Shown here: positions 37,657 through 49,569 of the stretch, piece after piece
How the letters are laid out: every line of letters begins with the position of its first letter
How positions within the stretch are numbered: position 1 is the first letter of the stretch
Source: Antedon mediterranea
Lineage: Eukaryota > Animalia > Echinodermata
Assembly (NCBI RefSeq): GCF_964355755.1
Contig: NC_092675.1
Coordinates: 14,790,912-14,854,911, forward strand
DNA length: 64,000 bases
Direction of reading: 5' to 3'
Notes under the pieces: model-generated
What the model saw: the letters and a program-made list of their open reading frames with translations, nothing else
Database searches by the model: none
Told to the model about the DNA's origin: nothing
Position numbers and translations under genes: made by a program

Positions 37657-40320
37657 GTAAGTACTTGTCAACTGGTTTAACTAAAAGTTAACCTTTATTT
37701 ATTTAAATATTCATTGAAACCAGATGAAATTTGTTGAGAATCTACGTACGATCTATGGTGAGGAAACAATAAATATTGTTCGCCAAGAAGAAAAATTAGT
37801 GAGGAAGGTTTCCCGCCAACGAAATCATAGGGTTTTTACATTACAATGTAAACGTAAAAACATCACACCTCCGAGTCTACGTCTCAGCTGTCCAATAAAC
37901 ACAGGAAAAGCTCACAGCATCATAAAACAAGCGGAAAAACAACTAATAAGAGAACGAATTAGGGTAATCACCAACAATATAGAAAATCTAGATCAAAGAA
38001 AAGTAGTTCTAGAAAGAAAACTAGATCAAAATATTACGAACGGGGGGGATAGGAACAATATCCGGAACTTCATACAGAAATGTCAAGAGTCAGAGTTTAT
38101 CAAAACAAAGGAACGACATGTAAACAAACTCTCATGGTGGGAAGAAAAGGCGAAGAAACTAAGAAATAACATCAACAAGAAAATAGATTTGAACGGCACG
38201 ATATTGAAAGAAAAATGGGTAGTAAATTTGTCAGACAGGAATCTATCACCGATCGAGCACGACATACTAGAAAAAGGCCTGAATTTTGCGATTGCCAAAG
38301 AAACGCTACCCATCCAGGATGTGATCGTAGCCACTGAAGTAGCCTGTGAACAGATAACTGAAGCGGAAAGAGATATTGTACGAGGTAAGGTTAGTAGCAT
38401 TTTAAAAACCACCAAACCACCACAAACAAATATCACAAAAGAGCAACATTCAGCCATACATAGCCTAAAAAAAGACAAAAAAATCATGATCTTACCGGCA
38501 GATAAAGGCAAAGCTACGGTGATCATGAACACCCCACCCCTGATTACAAACGTAAGGTAAACATGATGAAAGATGGGGATGTCTCCGAAAAACTTAAAAA
38601 GGACCCTACAAAGAAATACAAGAGAAACCTTGTGGAAATCCTAAACAGATTACTAGAAGAAAAGAAAATAACATATCAATGGAAAACCAAACTCTTCCCC
38701 ACTGCAGAAATCATCCCACGATTATACTGCACACCTAAAATCCACAAACAGAACAGTCCATTACGCCCAATCGTAGACAATATTAACACAATATACTATG
38801 AAGTCTCCAAATTGCTCTCAAAATTATTATCACCGTTGGTTGGAAACACAGAATTCCATGTGGAAAATTCTAAACAATTAGCAGTCGACATAAAAGCACT
38901 GAACAACATAGACATAGGAAAACACACACTTGTATCCTTTGATGTTATATCGCTATTCACAAAGCTAAGACACCTATAAAACCAACAATCAACATAACAC
39001 ACAACACTTTACTGAAAGAAACCAAGATCTTGGAACAAGTCCAAAGAAAATTAAACACTAATTTGAAAACGGAGGACATCATGGAGCTGTTAAGCCTAGT
39101 TCTTAACACAACATATTTCACATTTAATGGTGATATTTACAGACAAAAAGAGGGAATGGCAATGGGCAGCCCTGTCAGCCCCATAATGGCAAATATATTC
39201 ATGGAAGACATGGAACAACGTGCCACAGAAACAGCACCATCACATATCAAACCGATTTTCTGGCGCAGATATGTAGACTATGTCCTGGCAATTGTACCAA
39301 TTGGATTTGAAGAAGAACTCCTCCAACATCTAAACACCATTGACCAGACAGGCCAAATAAAATTCACCATGGAGAACATGAAAAACAATGCCATCCCTTT
39401 CCTCGATACTCTAATCACTATCCAAGACAATGGTAACATAAAAACATCAGTGTACAGAAAATCGACACACACAGACCAATACCTGCACTTTCAATCAAAT
39501 CACCCGCTCGAACATAAACTTAGCGTAGTCAACACCCTAGTGGACAGATGTGAAGCCATCGTATCAACAGAAGAAGGACAAAAACAAGAAATGAGTCATA
39601 TAAAAGCAGCTTTATCAACATGCGGATATCCAGAATGGAGTTTTAAAAGAGTTAAAGACAAAAGGGAACATAGAAAAGCAAACAAAGACAAAGAAATAAC
39701 AACAGATAAAGAAAAATCCAAAGTCAACATTGGTTTACCATATGTCGAAGGAATGACTCAAAGGCTAAGAAGAACATTGAAACAGCACAATATAAATACA
39801 TATATCACTCCCAAAAACAAATTAAGAGAAAGTCTCGTTCATCCTAAAGACAAGATTGACAAAGATCAACAGTGTGGTATAGTCTACCAAGTAGGTTGCC
39901 ACAACTGCAAGAAAGGTATACATAGGGGAAACGGGCAGAGCATTAAAAACAAGAATAACAGAACACAAAACAGACGTGGAAAAAAATACGGTAGGGACAA
40001 GAACCAGAAGTGCTCGCCATTCAAAATCTAAAATTCTACACAAATCAGCTATCACAGATCACGCCACCATAGAAAATCACATACCGGATTTTGAAAATAC
40101 AAAAATATTAGACAAAGAACAACACTACTTATCAAGAAAAATAAAAGAAGCCATTTGGATAAGAAAAACGAATATGAACATCAACAGAGACCAGGGAGGA
40201 CATGAACTGAGCCAAATCTACAATTACTTAATAAAAAGGGACACCCGAGCATCCAAAGGGGGACACCAGCAGAAAGCTGGCCGAACTATGACGAATGACA
40301 GAACATCATGTCAACGTCAT

Positions 40321-40361
40321 TTGCGTGAACAAGGCTACTGAAAGTAGCTGAAACGTAGCAA
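40321..40361 (+). ncRNA. Minimal type-I hammerhead ribozyme, G3-C8 core variant (PLE1 3' pLTR)
   Basis: Helix I ttgc/gcaa; core GUGAACA (canonical CUGANGA); helix II ggcuacu/aguagcu; GAAA; palindromic ACGU helix III; predicted cleavage after GUA. Confidence 0.75.
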
Positions 40362-40625
40362 GTAAGTACTTGTCAACTGGTTTAACTAAAAGTTAACCTT
40401 TATTTACAATAGGTCCTTAAATCTCGACAACCACTGGTCACAGTAAGGTAATTTTGGTCTCAAATTGATCAGTAGGTATACATTTATATTCAGTCTAATG
40501 GGAAATTGTATTATTAAATAAGTTCATTTGGATCTGATAATGTAATGTGAAAAAAAAGTTACTTCTATATGATCCAATATAGTATCGAGTTTGTAAGATG
40601 ATATCGGTACTTACATTTCCAGAGA

Positions 40626-40667
40626 ACTTGACGTTTCGCCTACTAACAGCAAGGCATAATCATAAGT
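40626..40667 (-). ncRNA. Minimal type-I hammerhead ribozyme, A3-U8 core variant (inverted pLTR of PLE2; sense to MFSD12 pre-mRNA)
   Basis: Minus strand: actt ATGATTA t gccttgct gtt agtaggc GAAA cg TC aagt. Helix I actt/aagt is intact, with an ACGU palindrome and a GUC cleavage triplet. Confidence 0.72.
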
Positions 40668-42149
40668 GAATACGTTCTGGTGACGTAGCGGTGACGTTAC
40701 GGTGACACGGTTGAAAGGAGCCATTGTGAAGTTTACCGCTTGGAGTTATCCAAGTTAAATGTCCCACAGAACTACACATTTGTCTCGTACGATGTTTTAT
40801 CCCTATTCACCAAGACACCCACAGTGTAGCATTAAAAATCATACGAAAAAATGATGATGACTTAAAAGAACGTACAAATCTCTCGGTCGATGACATTTTA
40901 GAATTGCTGTCCCTTCTGATAAATACCACCTATTTCAGCTTCAACGGATACTTCTATAAACAAATAGAAGGTGTTGCGATGGGAAGCCCAGTGAGCCCTA
41001 TTGTGGTGAACCTGTTTCGAGAATGGCTAGAAGAGGAAGCACTCAAAACAGCTAATACAGAAATTAAGCCACTGATATGGAAAAGATACGTAGATGACGT
41101 GTTAGCAGTTGTTCCAGAAGGAGCTGCTGACAACCTTAATTATCATCTTAAGTCAATCGATCCCACACACATTACTTTCACAACAGAACATATGACTAAT
41201 AACACTATACCTTTCCTAGACGTCTCTATTACACTCATTGACAACAAAATTACTACATCAGTTTAAAGAAAACCTACTCATACCAACCAATATTTACACT
41301 TTCATTCATGTCACCCATTACAACATAAATTGAGTGTTGTGAGCACACTTGTGGACAGATGTCAGAATGTTGTTTCCACGCAGAAAGAACAAGAGAATGA
41401 AGTTAAAATCATAAGAACTGCTCTATCTGCATGCGAATATCCCAAGTGTGTTAACAAAATTTAAAAAAACAAAAAACAGAACGACAAAGCAGAAAAGAAT
41501 GAAAACATAGAAAGAGAAAAAGGAAGTATTGGAATTCCATATATCCCAAATATGTCGGAAAGAATACGAAGATGCCTAAAAGAACATAACATTAACACAT
41601 ACTTTATTCCTGAAAATAAGTTAAGAAACCAGTTGTACACCCAAAAAACAAAATTAAAAAAGAAGACTCTTGTGGTGTTGTATATCAAGTGAACTGTCAT
41701 AACTGCAATAGTATGTATGTTGGAGAAACAGGACGAGCGCTGAAGACCAGGATTAAAGAACATAAAACCGAAGTTGTAGAACAATGCAAAGGTGTTTCAA
41801 CCAGATCAAGCAGAAAGTCGGCGTCAGAAAAGTTTCACAGCTCGGCTATCACGGATCATATGGCGACTCTTGGTCACACACCCAATTGGAACAACATCAA
41901 AATCTTAGCAAAAGAAACTGAATGGAACACAAGAAAAATAAAAGAAGCGATACATATAAGATTACACCCTAATAATATGAATAGAGATGAAGGAGCATAT
42001 GAACTATCGCACATTTACGATAACATTCTAAAATGTAAAGAGACCGACCCCCGCACATCCCGCTTGGATAACTCCAAGCCGTAAACTTCACAATGGCTCC
42101 TTTCAACAGTGTCACCGTAACGTCACTGCTACGTCACCAGAACGTATTC

Positions 42150-42191
42150 ACTTATGATTATGCCTTGCTGTTAGTAGGCGAAACGTCTAGT
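42150..42191 (+). ncRNA. Second copy of the A3-U8 hammerhead (PLE2 3' pLTR)
   Basis: actt ATGATTA t gccttgctgttagtaggc GAAA cg TC tagt, with one helix I mismatch relative to the inverted copy. Confidence 0.65.
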
Positions 42192-42282
42192 TCTCTGGAA
42201 ATGTAAGTACCGATATCATCTTACAAACTTTACACTATATTGGATCATATAGAAGTAACTTTTTTTCACATGGGAAATTGTA

Positions 42283-43035
42283 GTCGAAAATGACCGAAAA
42301 TGCCATTTCTTACTTTTGACCCACTACCCAGGGCATGTATGTATCTCCGTAACTATTGGTCGTAAACACTCGCAATATACATTTTGTTATTTGTTGAACA
42401 TTTTGAAAAATTTTACAAAAGGTGAAAGGGTCATGGTCAAGGGTTATATGAACAAACACAAATAGGTACTTGTATCTCTGCAACCACTGGTCGCAGCAAG
42501 TCAATTTTATTCTCAAAATGTTGAGAAGGCATCGTAAAAACTTCAATTTGGTATCAAATTGTTGGAAATAAACATATTTACATTCATTCTAACAGAAAAT
42601 TTTGTGAAAAGATGATCAGAAATACTATTAATTACTATTAATTAGTTTCAAACTAAAAACATACCTCCATACAACTTATTCTTATATAAATGTTATACTG
42701 ATGCTTTAAATGGTTTCATTATAGGAATTACAACAAATCCTTTACTGTTTGTAATTGTACTTTTGCTTATAATAATGCTAGAAAATATTGTTGACCCCTG
42801 AGGATGATCAAACATCGATAGAAACGTCAAACTCAACAGTTCTTTTCAGAATGCTAGAAATAACTTACCGTATTTATCCGAATAAAGGCCCCGTTCACAG
42901 GGGTGTTTAGGGGGAAGGGGTGTTTATACGGTGGAGGCGTTTATTTTTTTTTTTTGTATAATATGGTAACATGTATAATCAAATAAATACACCCTAGATA
43001 TAAAAAAAATACAACACAATTAAAATCGTAATAAG
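42283..43035 (+). repeat. Left arm of an inverted duplication of about 1 kb (with 40407-40510); right arm at about 50625-51575
   Basis: Colinear reverse-complement similarity across several unrelated sequence blocks, e.g. caaatcctttactgtttgtaattgta and ttcttttcagaatgctagaa. Confidence 0.85.
42789..42838 (+). ncRNA. Degenerate PLE-type hammerhead with canonical C3-G8 core (solo pLTR relic); inverted paralog at about 50823-50874
   Basis: tgttgaccc CTGAGGA t gatc aaacatc gata GAAA cg TC aaactcaaca. Paralog: tgttgaccc CCGAGGA c gatc aaacatttt gatt GAAA cg TC gagctcagca. Confidence 0.55.
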
Positions 43036-45159
43036 AACTAGAATTTAATTCGTCACTTTGACAAATTATAGGTGATCATTTTTATCATTTTAATGAAATT
43101 AACATTTTTTAAACATGCACGTACGTTAACATACGATCGTAAAAAGCTGATGTACGCCATCCTATGACATGATGCATATACACTTCTAGTGCTGAGTTGT
43201 ACCTATTATGTGTCATATACAATATGTACAGTATATACTGTATATCTATATACAGTGTAGCATAGGTGAAATTACGGGACCCACATCATGATCAAATTTT
43301 TTGGTATGATGGAATTATCAAAATAAACTCGAAGATGACAATTTCGTAAGATAATGAATTGAGCAAATAAATATAAGGATTGGAAGAGAATTTGACACGT
43401 AGAAGCGCAATGCGCGCTCTTTGAAATTTGTATAACTTTGACTAAAGAAATTTAAAAACAACGTTTTAACTTCAACTGGCCATATGATAACATCACAACA
43501 TCCGATAGGCTTAATTTTTATATGAATTCAAATCTACATTTTATCAGCTTTCATAATAAGTTATAATCTTCAAGGTCACCTTTAATTCTGAAGAGCTATA
43601 AGATATTCAAATGTATGGTGTAGCTGAAATTACACGACCTAGGTTATTCAAGTCTTTCCGCGTGATGACGTCATCAAAATAAAAATGTTGACAACTCATG
43701 AGAAAGATAATTATTTGAGCCAAGCACAAAAGATAAAAATTACTAATTTTTAAATTGAAGTGGCCATTTGTTGACGTCATACCATTTTGTACGTCTAATG
43801 TGTACATGAATATGTATCTACAACCCAATGGCTTCCCGAATTAGTTAAAAAAATTGGGGTCACCTGCCATTCTGAAGAGTTATATTCATTTTAAAAAGGC
43901 CTTATTTTTCACCATTTTCATCACTTTGATGCAATTAATTTGCGCATTTTGTCATTTTTAACCTGCTCGTATAGCGTTATTTTAAGTCGGAACTGACTCA
44001 AATTTGGTGAATGTACTAAGGATGGTGAGTAGAATGAGATTTGTAAAAACAAATTCATATTTTTTACCCTTTTTAAGTATCGCGCACGCAAATTTTTTTT
44101 TTTGCGCAGTAATTTTTTGAAACACGCAAATGGCCTAATTCATGCTCTAAATTGATCAAAACTTAATTTTGAGCGTTTTAAATTTTTAACGCGCGATTTC
44201 ACGCGCATGACCCTACGTACGTTTTTATTTGCTAATATTTTTACCCTTGACCTGAAGTTTACGTGTAGTGAATTTCATTAATATGTGATAATGAATTATG
44301 GAGATATCATTGATAATGTGATTTTGCAAAATGGCGTATAAATGACGTCACGGATGAGTGATCACGCTGGAAAGCTTATTAGGATTAAGTTATATTATTT
44401 GAAAGATATTCTGAAATTTTGGTGATCATTGACATTAAACTTTCTGAGAAAATTGTTACACAAAATAGTGTACAGAAACAATAAAAAGAAAAAAAACTAG
44501 ATTTGAACTCGTCATTTTGACGAGTTCGGGTTATCCGCGCGACAAACGCCACATGCACATACTTTAAACTATATGAACTTCGACAATTATTATGCCAATG
44601 AACTGAATTGTACCTATTTTGTAGCATACAGCATATTACAGTGTTTACAGAATACACTGTATGTTATATACAGTGTAGCATAGACGAAATTACGAGACCC
44701 ATCTTTTAAATCCAATTATTAACACGATGACGTCATCAAATTGGAATATAAAGATAACAATTTTAGAAGATAATTATCTAAATAATTACATTAATACAAA
44801 TTTGAAGAATTTTGGGCACGTGAAAGTGAGATGCGCTCTCGTTTAAACGCAATGAACTTTTACGCAAGAGATGAAAATATGACCTTTTTAATTCAACTGC
44901 CCATATAATGACGTCACAACATCTGATTGGCAAAATATTCACATGAATTTGTATCTACAATCCAATAGCTTCCAGAAAACGTTTTAATCATGATTATCAC
45001 TTTTTATTCTGCCGAGCTATAACAGATTGAAACTTACTGTAAAGATGAAAATAGGTGAACCACGTTATTTACATATTTAGACATTATGAATCATAAAAAT
45101 TAAAATATTTTTAAATCATGCGAAAGATAGTTGATTGACCTAGACAGTATTAAAATATA

Positions 45160-46602
45160 CTAGATGGTACGCTCGCTTCGCTTGCGTACCATCTAGGTCG
45201 TGCCCACAGATGGTTCTCGAATACATAATAATTTCAGCGTTAAAAAACTGGCGATTTCAAATGTACGTACGGCAGGACAATAATACATGTCGTGTACAGG
45301 AACGAATAAATAGACACTGTGATTTATGTACTCAACTAAAATTAGCATCCTATTACTTCCGAAAGAGAAACTTGTCACAAAATAAGACCAATTGTTTAAG
45401 TCAAATTTAAACAAACTTAATTTGTGTTTTGTATGTAACATTAGGGTTGAGGGATGGGGAAGAGGATGGGTGCAAAGAGGAACAATGTTAAAATATATTC
45501 TTTATCCATTTAGTAACGAAATATTAATTGCTTTCATGTTTTACAAATAATATACCACTAAACACAGTAAAACATTGCGATGTAATACTTTGTTGAAACC
45601 GTCACCGTCCTAGTCGATTGAAATAGTACAGCACATGTAACGATACACCACTACGACGTGTATATGTTTATAATATAATGTAAAACAATTTGTGAAAACC
45701 ACCTCTATTCGGGGAAAATCATAAATTCGATTTAATCGTCAATAAATATTAAATTATCTAACTCAACTTAATTAGTAGGCCTAATGGTTTTCAATTGTTT
45801 CTTAGAGCCAATTCATACTTAAGTTGGTTCCTACCCTACCCACCAAAGTTGTTCTGCGTTTAGGGCATGTGATGTACCGTAGGCCTATTCTCTACTGGTT
45901 TTACAACGCTACTCATGCCAGTGAGGGAAAGGTGATGATGTGGGTGGTTTAACTGCAATAATAAAGATTTGTACATAATATACGGCGAATGAAAACGCTA
46001 GCTCATTATCCCTTTAAAAAAAAATTATATCCAACCTCTGCAGCACAGATTGAAAACAAAAATGGATCGAATTTCGAGTATACAGTACTGTACTTGCCTT
46101 TACGACGCCTGAGGGAATAGACACTTGTGAAACAGAGATTGGAATGTTCCATTCATCGCAAATCAATACATTTGTATAATCGTATATTAAATCTATCAAA
46201 ATAGTATTTTTTAAAGAAAATCGGCCTGTCTTCAACATTATGATGCTGTACTCTAGCTGTTCAACCAGTTTTCAGCTATTAAAAACAATTATCGTAGGAG
46301 GAGATAGGAAAATGCGAAGCCTCCTCGTATTTTTGTGGCGGGTATTTTTCAAGATGGACATCCATTAGACAGTGTATACCACGATCGGAAAACACCCCTA
46401 TTTGGGGCAAATCGTTGAACCTAAATTCGTTTTAATCGTCAATAACTAATTACCTAACTCAATTTAATTAGTAAACAGGGTTACATCAGATGGTTAAAAT
46501 CAGTACCGAAAGTATGAACCAACTTTATATACCATCGAGTAGAAATTCTAGAAATAAACCGAGATTTACCGAATTTTGCCCTTACGTAAATTTATATATA
46601 GA
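45160..46602 (-). mobile_element. Complete non-autonomous Helitron inside HINE B
   Basis: Minus strand A|TCTATATATAAA ... hairpin gatggtacgc..gcgtaccatc then CTAG|T. Inserted at an AT dinucleotide without a TSD. The flanks rejoin to match uninterrupted HINE copies (about 48371 and 58350-58386). Confidence 0.85.
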
Positions 46603-47424
46603 TGAGGAAATGGAATACGTATAAGCGATATGCGCTCTATTTAATATAATGAGCAATAGCGAAACAGTCAAAAATCCAATATTTTACATTCGTGTGGCCA
46701 TACGATGACGTCATAACATCCGAGGGGTAAATATTCTGCATGAATTCATATCTACAACATATCTGCTTACATATTAAATTAAAAAAATTGGGGGTAACGG
46801 TTGATCCTGAGGAGCTATAATAGATTCAAAGTAGGCATAATTTTGACAATATTTTGTCACTTTTGCAACTAAAACGCACGCAAATTGTCTAAATCAACGT
46901 GTTCGTATGAGGTCATTTTAATTTGAAATGATGTCGATCTTTTTTAAAATGACTAGGAAAGACTGTAAAATTATAATTCAAGAGAAAAACACATGATTTT
47001 TATGCTCCGTGCGCACCTTACGCGTAATTTTTTTCGCGCGCGTGGGAATTTTTGACATGCTCAAAATGTCATGATCAGCGTAGAAAGTTGATTAGAAATA
47101 AATTTTGCGCATTTTGAAATTTTAAATGCGCGTGCGCGCGTAACTTCTTGTACAACAGGCCATTTTTAATCCATAGAAAATTGACCCATGATATGAATTA
47201 TAATTTTATTAAGTTTCATGAAACAATATTTGTTGGTTCTAAAGTTATGATCAGTTATAGAAATTCATAAAATCGCGCGTAACTTACGCAACGCGGATCT
47301 GACATCGTCCAAAAGCTTGGCTGCACATCTACACTTCAATGTCAATCTTTTTACCAAGTTATACAAAGTTATGTTCACAAGCAATAGAGATATGCTGGTC
47401 ACAAAAATCCGGGAAAGAAAGAAG

Positions 47425-49569
47425 AACTAGACATGAAACTCGTCACTTTGACGAGTTAGTTATCCGCTCGACAAACGCCACGTGCACGTCATACGTTGGA
47501 ATGTTGCACACAGAAAAATATTATGGCATTATGACCTGAACTGAAGAATATGATATGTTGTTAGTGCTAAATCCTGTCTATTTTGTGTCATATAGTATAT
47601 ACATTTTAAAGTACACAGTATAATCTGTATACACGTAATTTAAATTTTTAGGCATGGATGATGTCCCCGGGGGGGGGGGGGGTCACTTGTATATAAACCA
47701 AACGGGGGGGTGCAGCAGCCACTTCAAGACATGAGGCACTTGCGCTACCTGTTTTACTGAAAAATACTACGGACTTGAACTACCATTTACCAAAATCCAG
47801 TGTTTTCTAAAAAGACGGCAGAAACAAGGCCTCGCCAGACAGAGAGGGCGCAATATTTGTACTGGTTCCCAGCATGATCTGCGCATGGCCAAAGATACCG
47901 TTCATGGAAAAATCAGGAACGTATTTTGAAAGTTTATCGCGCATTGACACGGGGTGCATGACGACGATATCAAGAGTGGTCACAGTTGAATGATTTTGTC
48001 CTAGGCTGGATGTTTCGTGTTCTTCTGCTGATGCGAAAACTCTAGGCCTATTCAAAGGTATTTAGCGATAGGCCCCGCGATGGGCTTATAGCATCCAGTA
48101 TGCTAAAATACCTGCAAAATTTGGCGATAAATCGTGACATTTTGACACGGGTGGGCGGGCTAGGGGCTTAAACTACTAATTTCACCCTGTCATTTCCCAC
48201 ACTTGTGCTACCAACTCTTCATATTTTCCCACACTTGTGCTACCAGGCCCTCGAAAATATACCCGTAAATGCGGCACCTCCCCGTATGGAAATATTTAAG
48301 AGTGACCCCCCCGGGATGATGTCATAAAAATTAAATATTTTTAACACATGCATAAGATAGTTGATTGACCTAGACAATATTAAAAGCTCGGAGAAAAAGG
48401 AATACAGATAAGCATGATGCGCTCCATTTAATGTGATGAGCAATAAACGAAAGAGACAAAAATCATATATTTTACATTCGTGTGGCCATACGATGATGTC
48501 ACAATGTCCGGTTAGCCATATTGATTAATGATCCGATATCTACAACTCATCACCTTCCAGAATATGTTTAGTAAAAAAAAGTTTGCCTCGTAGTTTAGAA
48601 TCTATGATTGTTTAAAAAAAGGCATAATTTTGACGAATTTTTGAATTTTTTCATTAAAAACACGCACAAATTGTATAATTCGACGTGCTCGTATGACATA
48701 ATTTTAAGTCTAAATTGTTTTAAAATTTGATAAAATTACTATAAAAGGCTGGAAAAACATAATTCACGCAAAAAAAGATGTTTTTAGCGCTACGTGCGCA
48801 AAATTGTTCGCGCGCGTGGGAATTTTTGACATGCTCAAAATGTCATGATCAGCGTAGAAAGTTGATTAGAAATTCATTTTGCGCATTTTAAATTTTAAAT
48901 GCGCGTGCGCGCGTATCTTCGTGTAAAACATGCTATTTTTAGTGCACAAAAAGTTAGCGCAAGATATAAATTAAACTTTTGCTAAGTTTCAACATAAATT
49001 GTTATTTGGTTTTCAATCTATGTTAAATACGGGAAATTCATAAAATCACGCGTAAGTCACGTTACGCATTTCTGACGTCATTCACAATAGTAGGTGCACA
49101 ACTTCACGTGAATGCCCATATGTTGACAAAGTTATGAAATGTTATGTTTACACATTTTTGATATAAGCGAGACACAAAAATAGAGGAGAAATGCGCGTGT
49201 GCGCGTAACGTCTTGTAAAATATGGCATTTTTAATCCACTAAAAGTTTGCCCTTGATATGACTTAAATTTTCAGAAAGTGTCAAAACAAAATTATGCTTA
49301 GTTTTTAGCCTATGATCAATCATAAAAAATCATAAAATCGCACGTAAGTCACGTTGCGCAACTCTGACGTCATTCAAAAATAGGAGGTGCACAACTTCAC
49401 GTAAATGCCCATATGTTGACAAAGTTATAAAATGTTATATTTACAAGTTTTTGAGATACGCGAGACACAAAAATGGAGGAGAAAGAAAGAAGAATAATAT
49501 AAAGAAAAAAAAAAAAAAGATCCAGGACGATTACAAGGAGTTATCCGCTACTAAGCGGATAACTAATAA
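47425..49569 (-). mobile_element. HINE C (inner; subTIR agttatccgc) with an internal duplication of about 290 bp
   Basis: 3' end aactagacatgaaactcgtcactttgacgagttagttatccgc; 5' end ggagttatccgctactaagcggataactaat. About 48900-49190 is repeated at about 49190-49480. Confidence 0.75.
47666..48315. mobile_element. MITE with CCCGGG termini and 8-bp TSD inside HINE C (superfamily unassigned)
   Basis: TIR cccg(n)gtcact / agtgacc(n)cggg. TSD atgatgtc at 47658-47665 and 48316-48323. Confidence 0.85.

Larger units (their letters stand above)
37491..40406 (+). mobile_element. Full-length Penelope-like element 1 (Penelope/Poseidon-type; RT plus GIY-YIG), inactivated, with direct pLTRs
   Basis: ORF from ATG 37724 to 40341 in four frameshifted pieces: VVNLS, LEKGLNF, ILPADKG, PKIHK, LRPIV, FDVISLFT, GMAMGSPVSP, RYVDY (YVDD mutated), YRKSTHT, GIVYQ..C..C...YIGETGR, KEAIWI, NRDQGG. 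pLTR copies at 37511-37701 and 40243-40406. A 21-bp inverted tail hairpin at 37491-37540. Confidence 0.95.
40511..42269 (+). mobile_element. 5'-truncated Penelope-like element 2 with inverted 5' pLTR and 13-bp TSD
   Basis: RT motifs GVAMGSPVSP and KRYVDDV. GIY-YIG motifs CHNC..YVGETGR, KEAIHI and NRDEG. 40545-40754 is the reverse complement of 42063-42271. TSD atgggaaattgta at 40498-40510 and 42270-42282. An uninterrupted paralog of the target site lies at about 51466-51575. Confidence 0.93.

Noticed and set aside
38083-40055. Antisense ORFs over PLE1 (149, 68, 64 and 77 aa)
   Set aside because: They are shadows of the A-rich sense ORF, with no motifs.
37724-40341. Active Penelope or programmed frameshifting
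   Set aside because: At least three frame breaks and a YVDD-to-YVDY catalytic change point to decay (or sequence error), not recoding.
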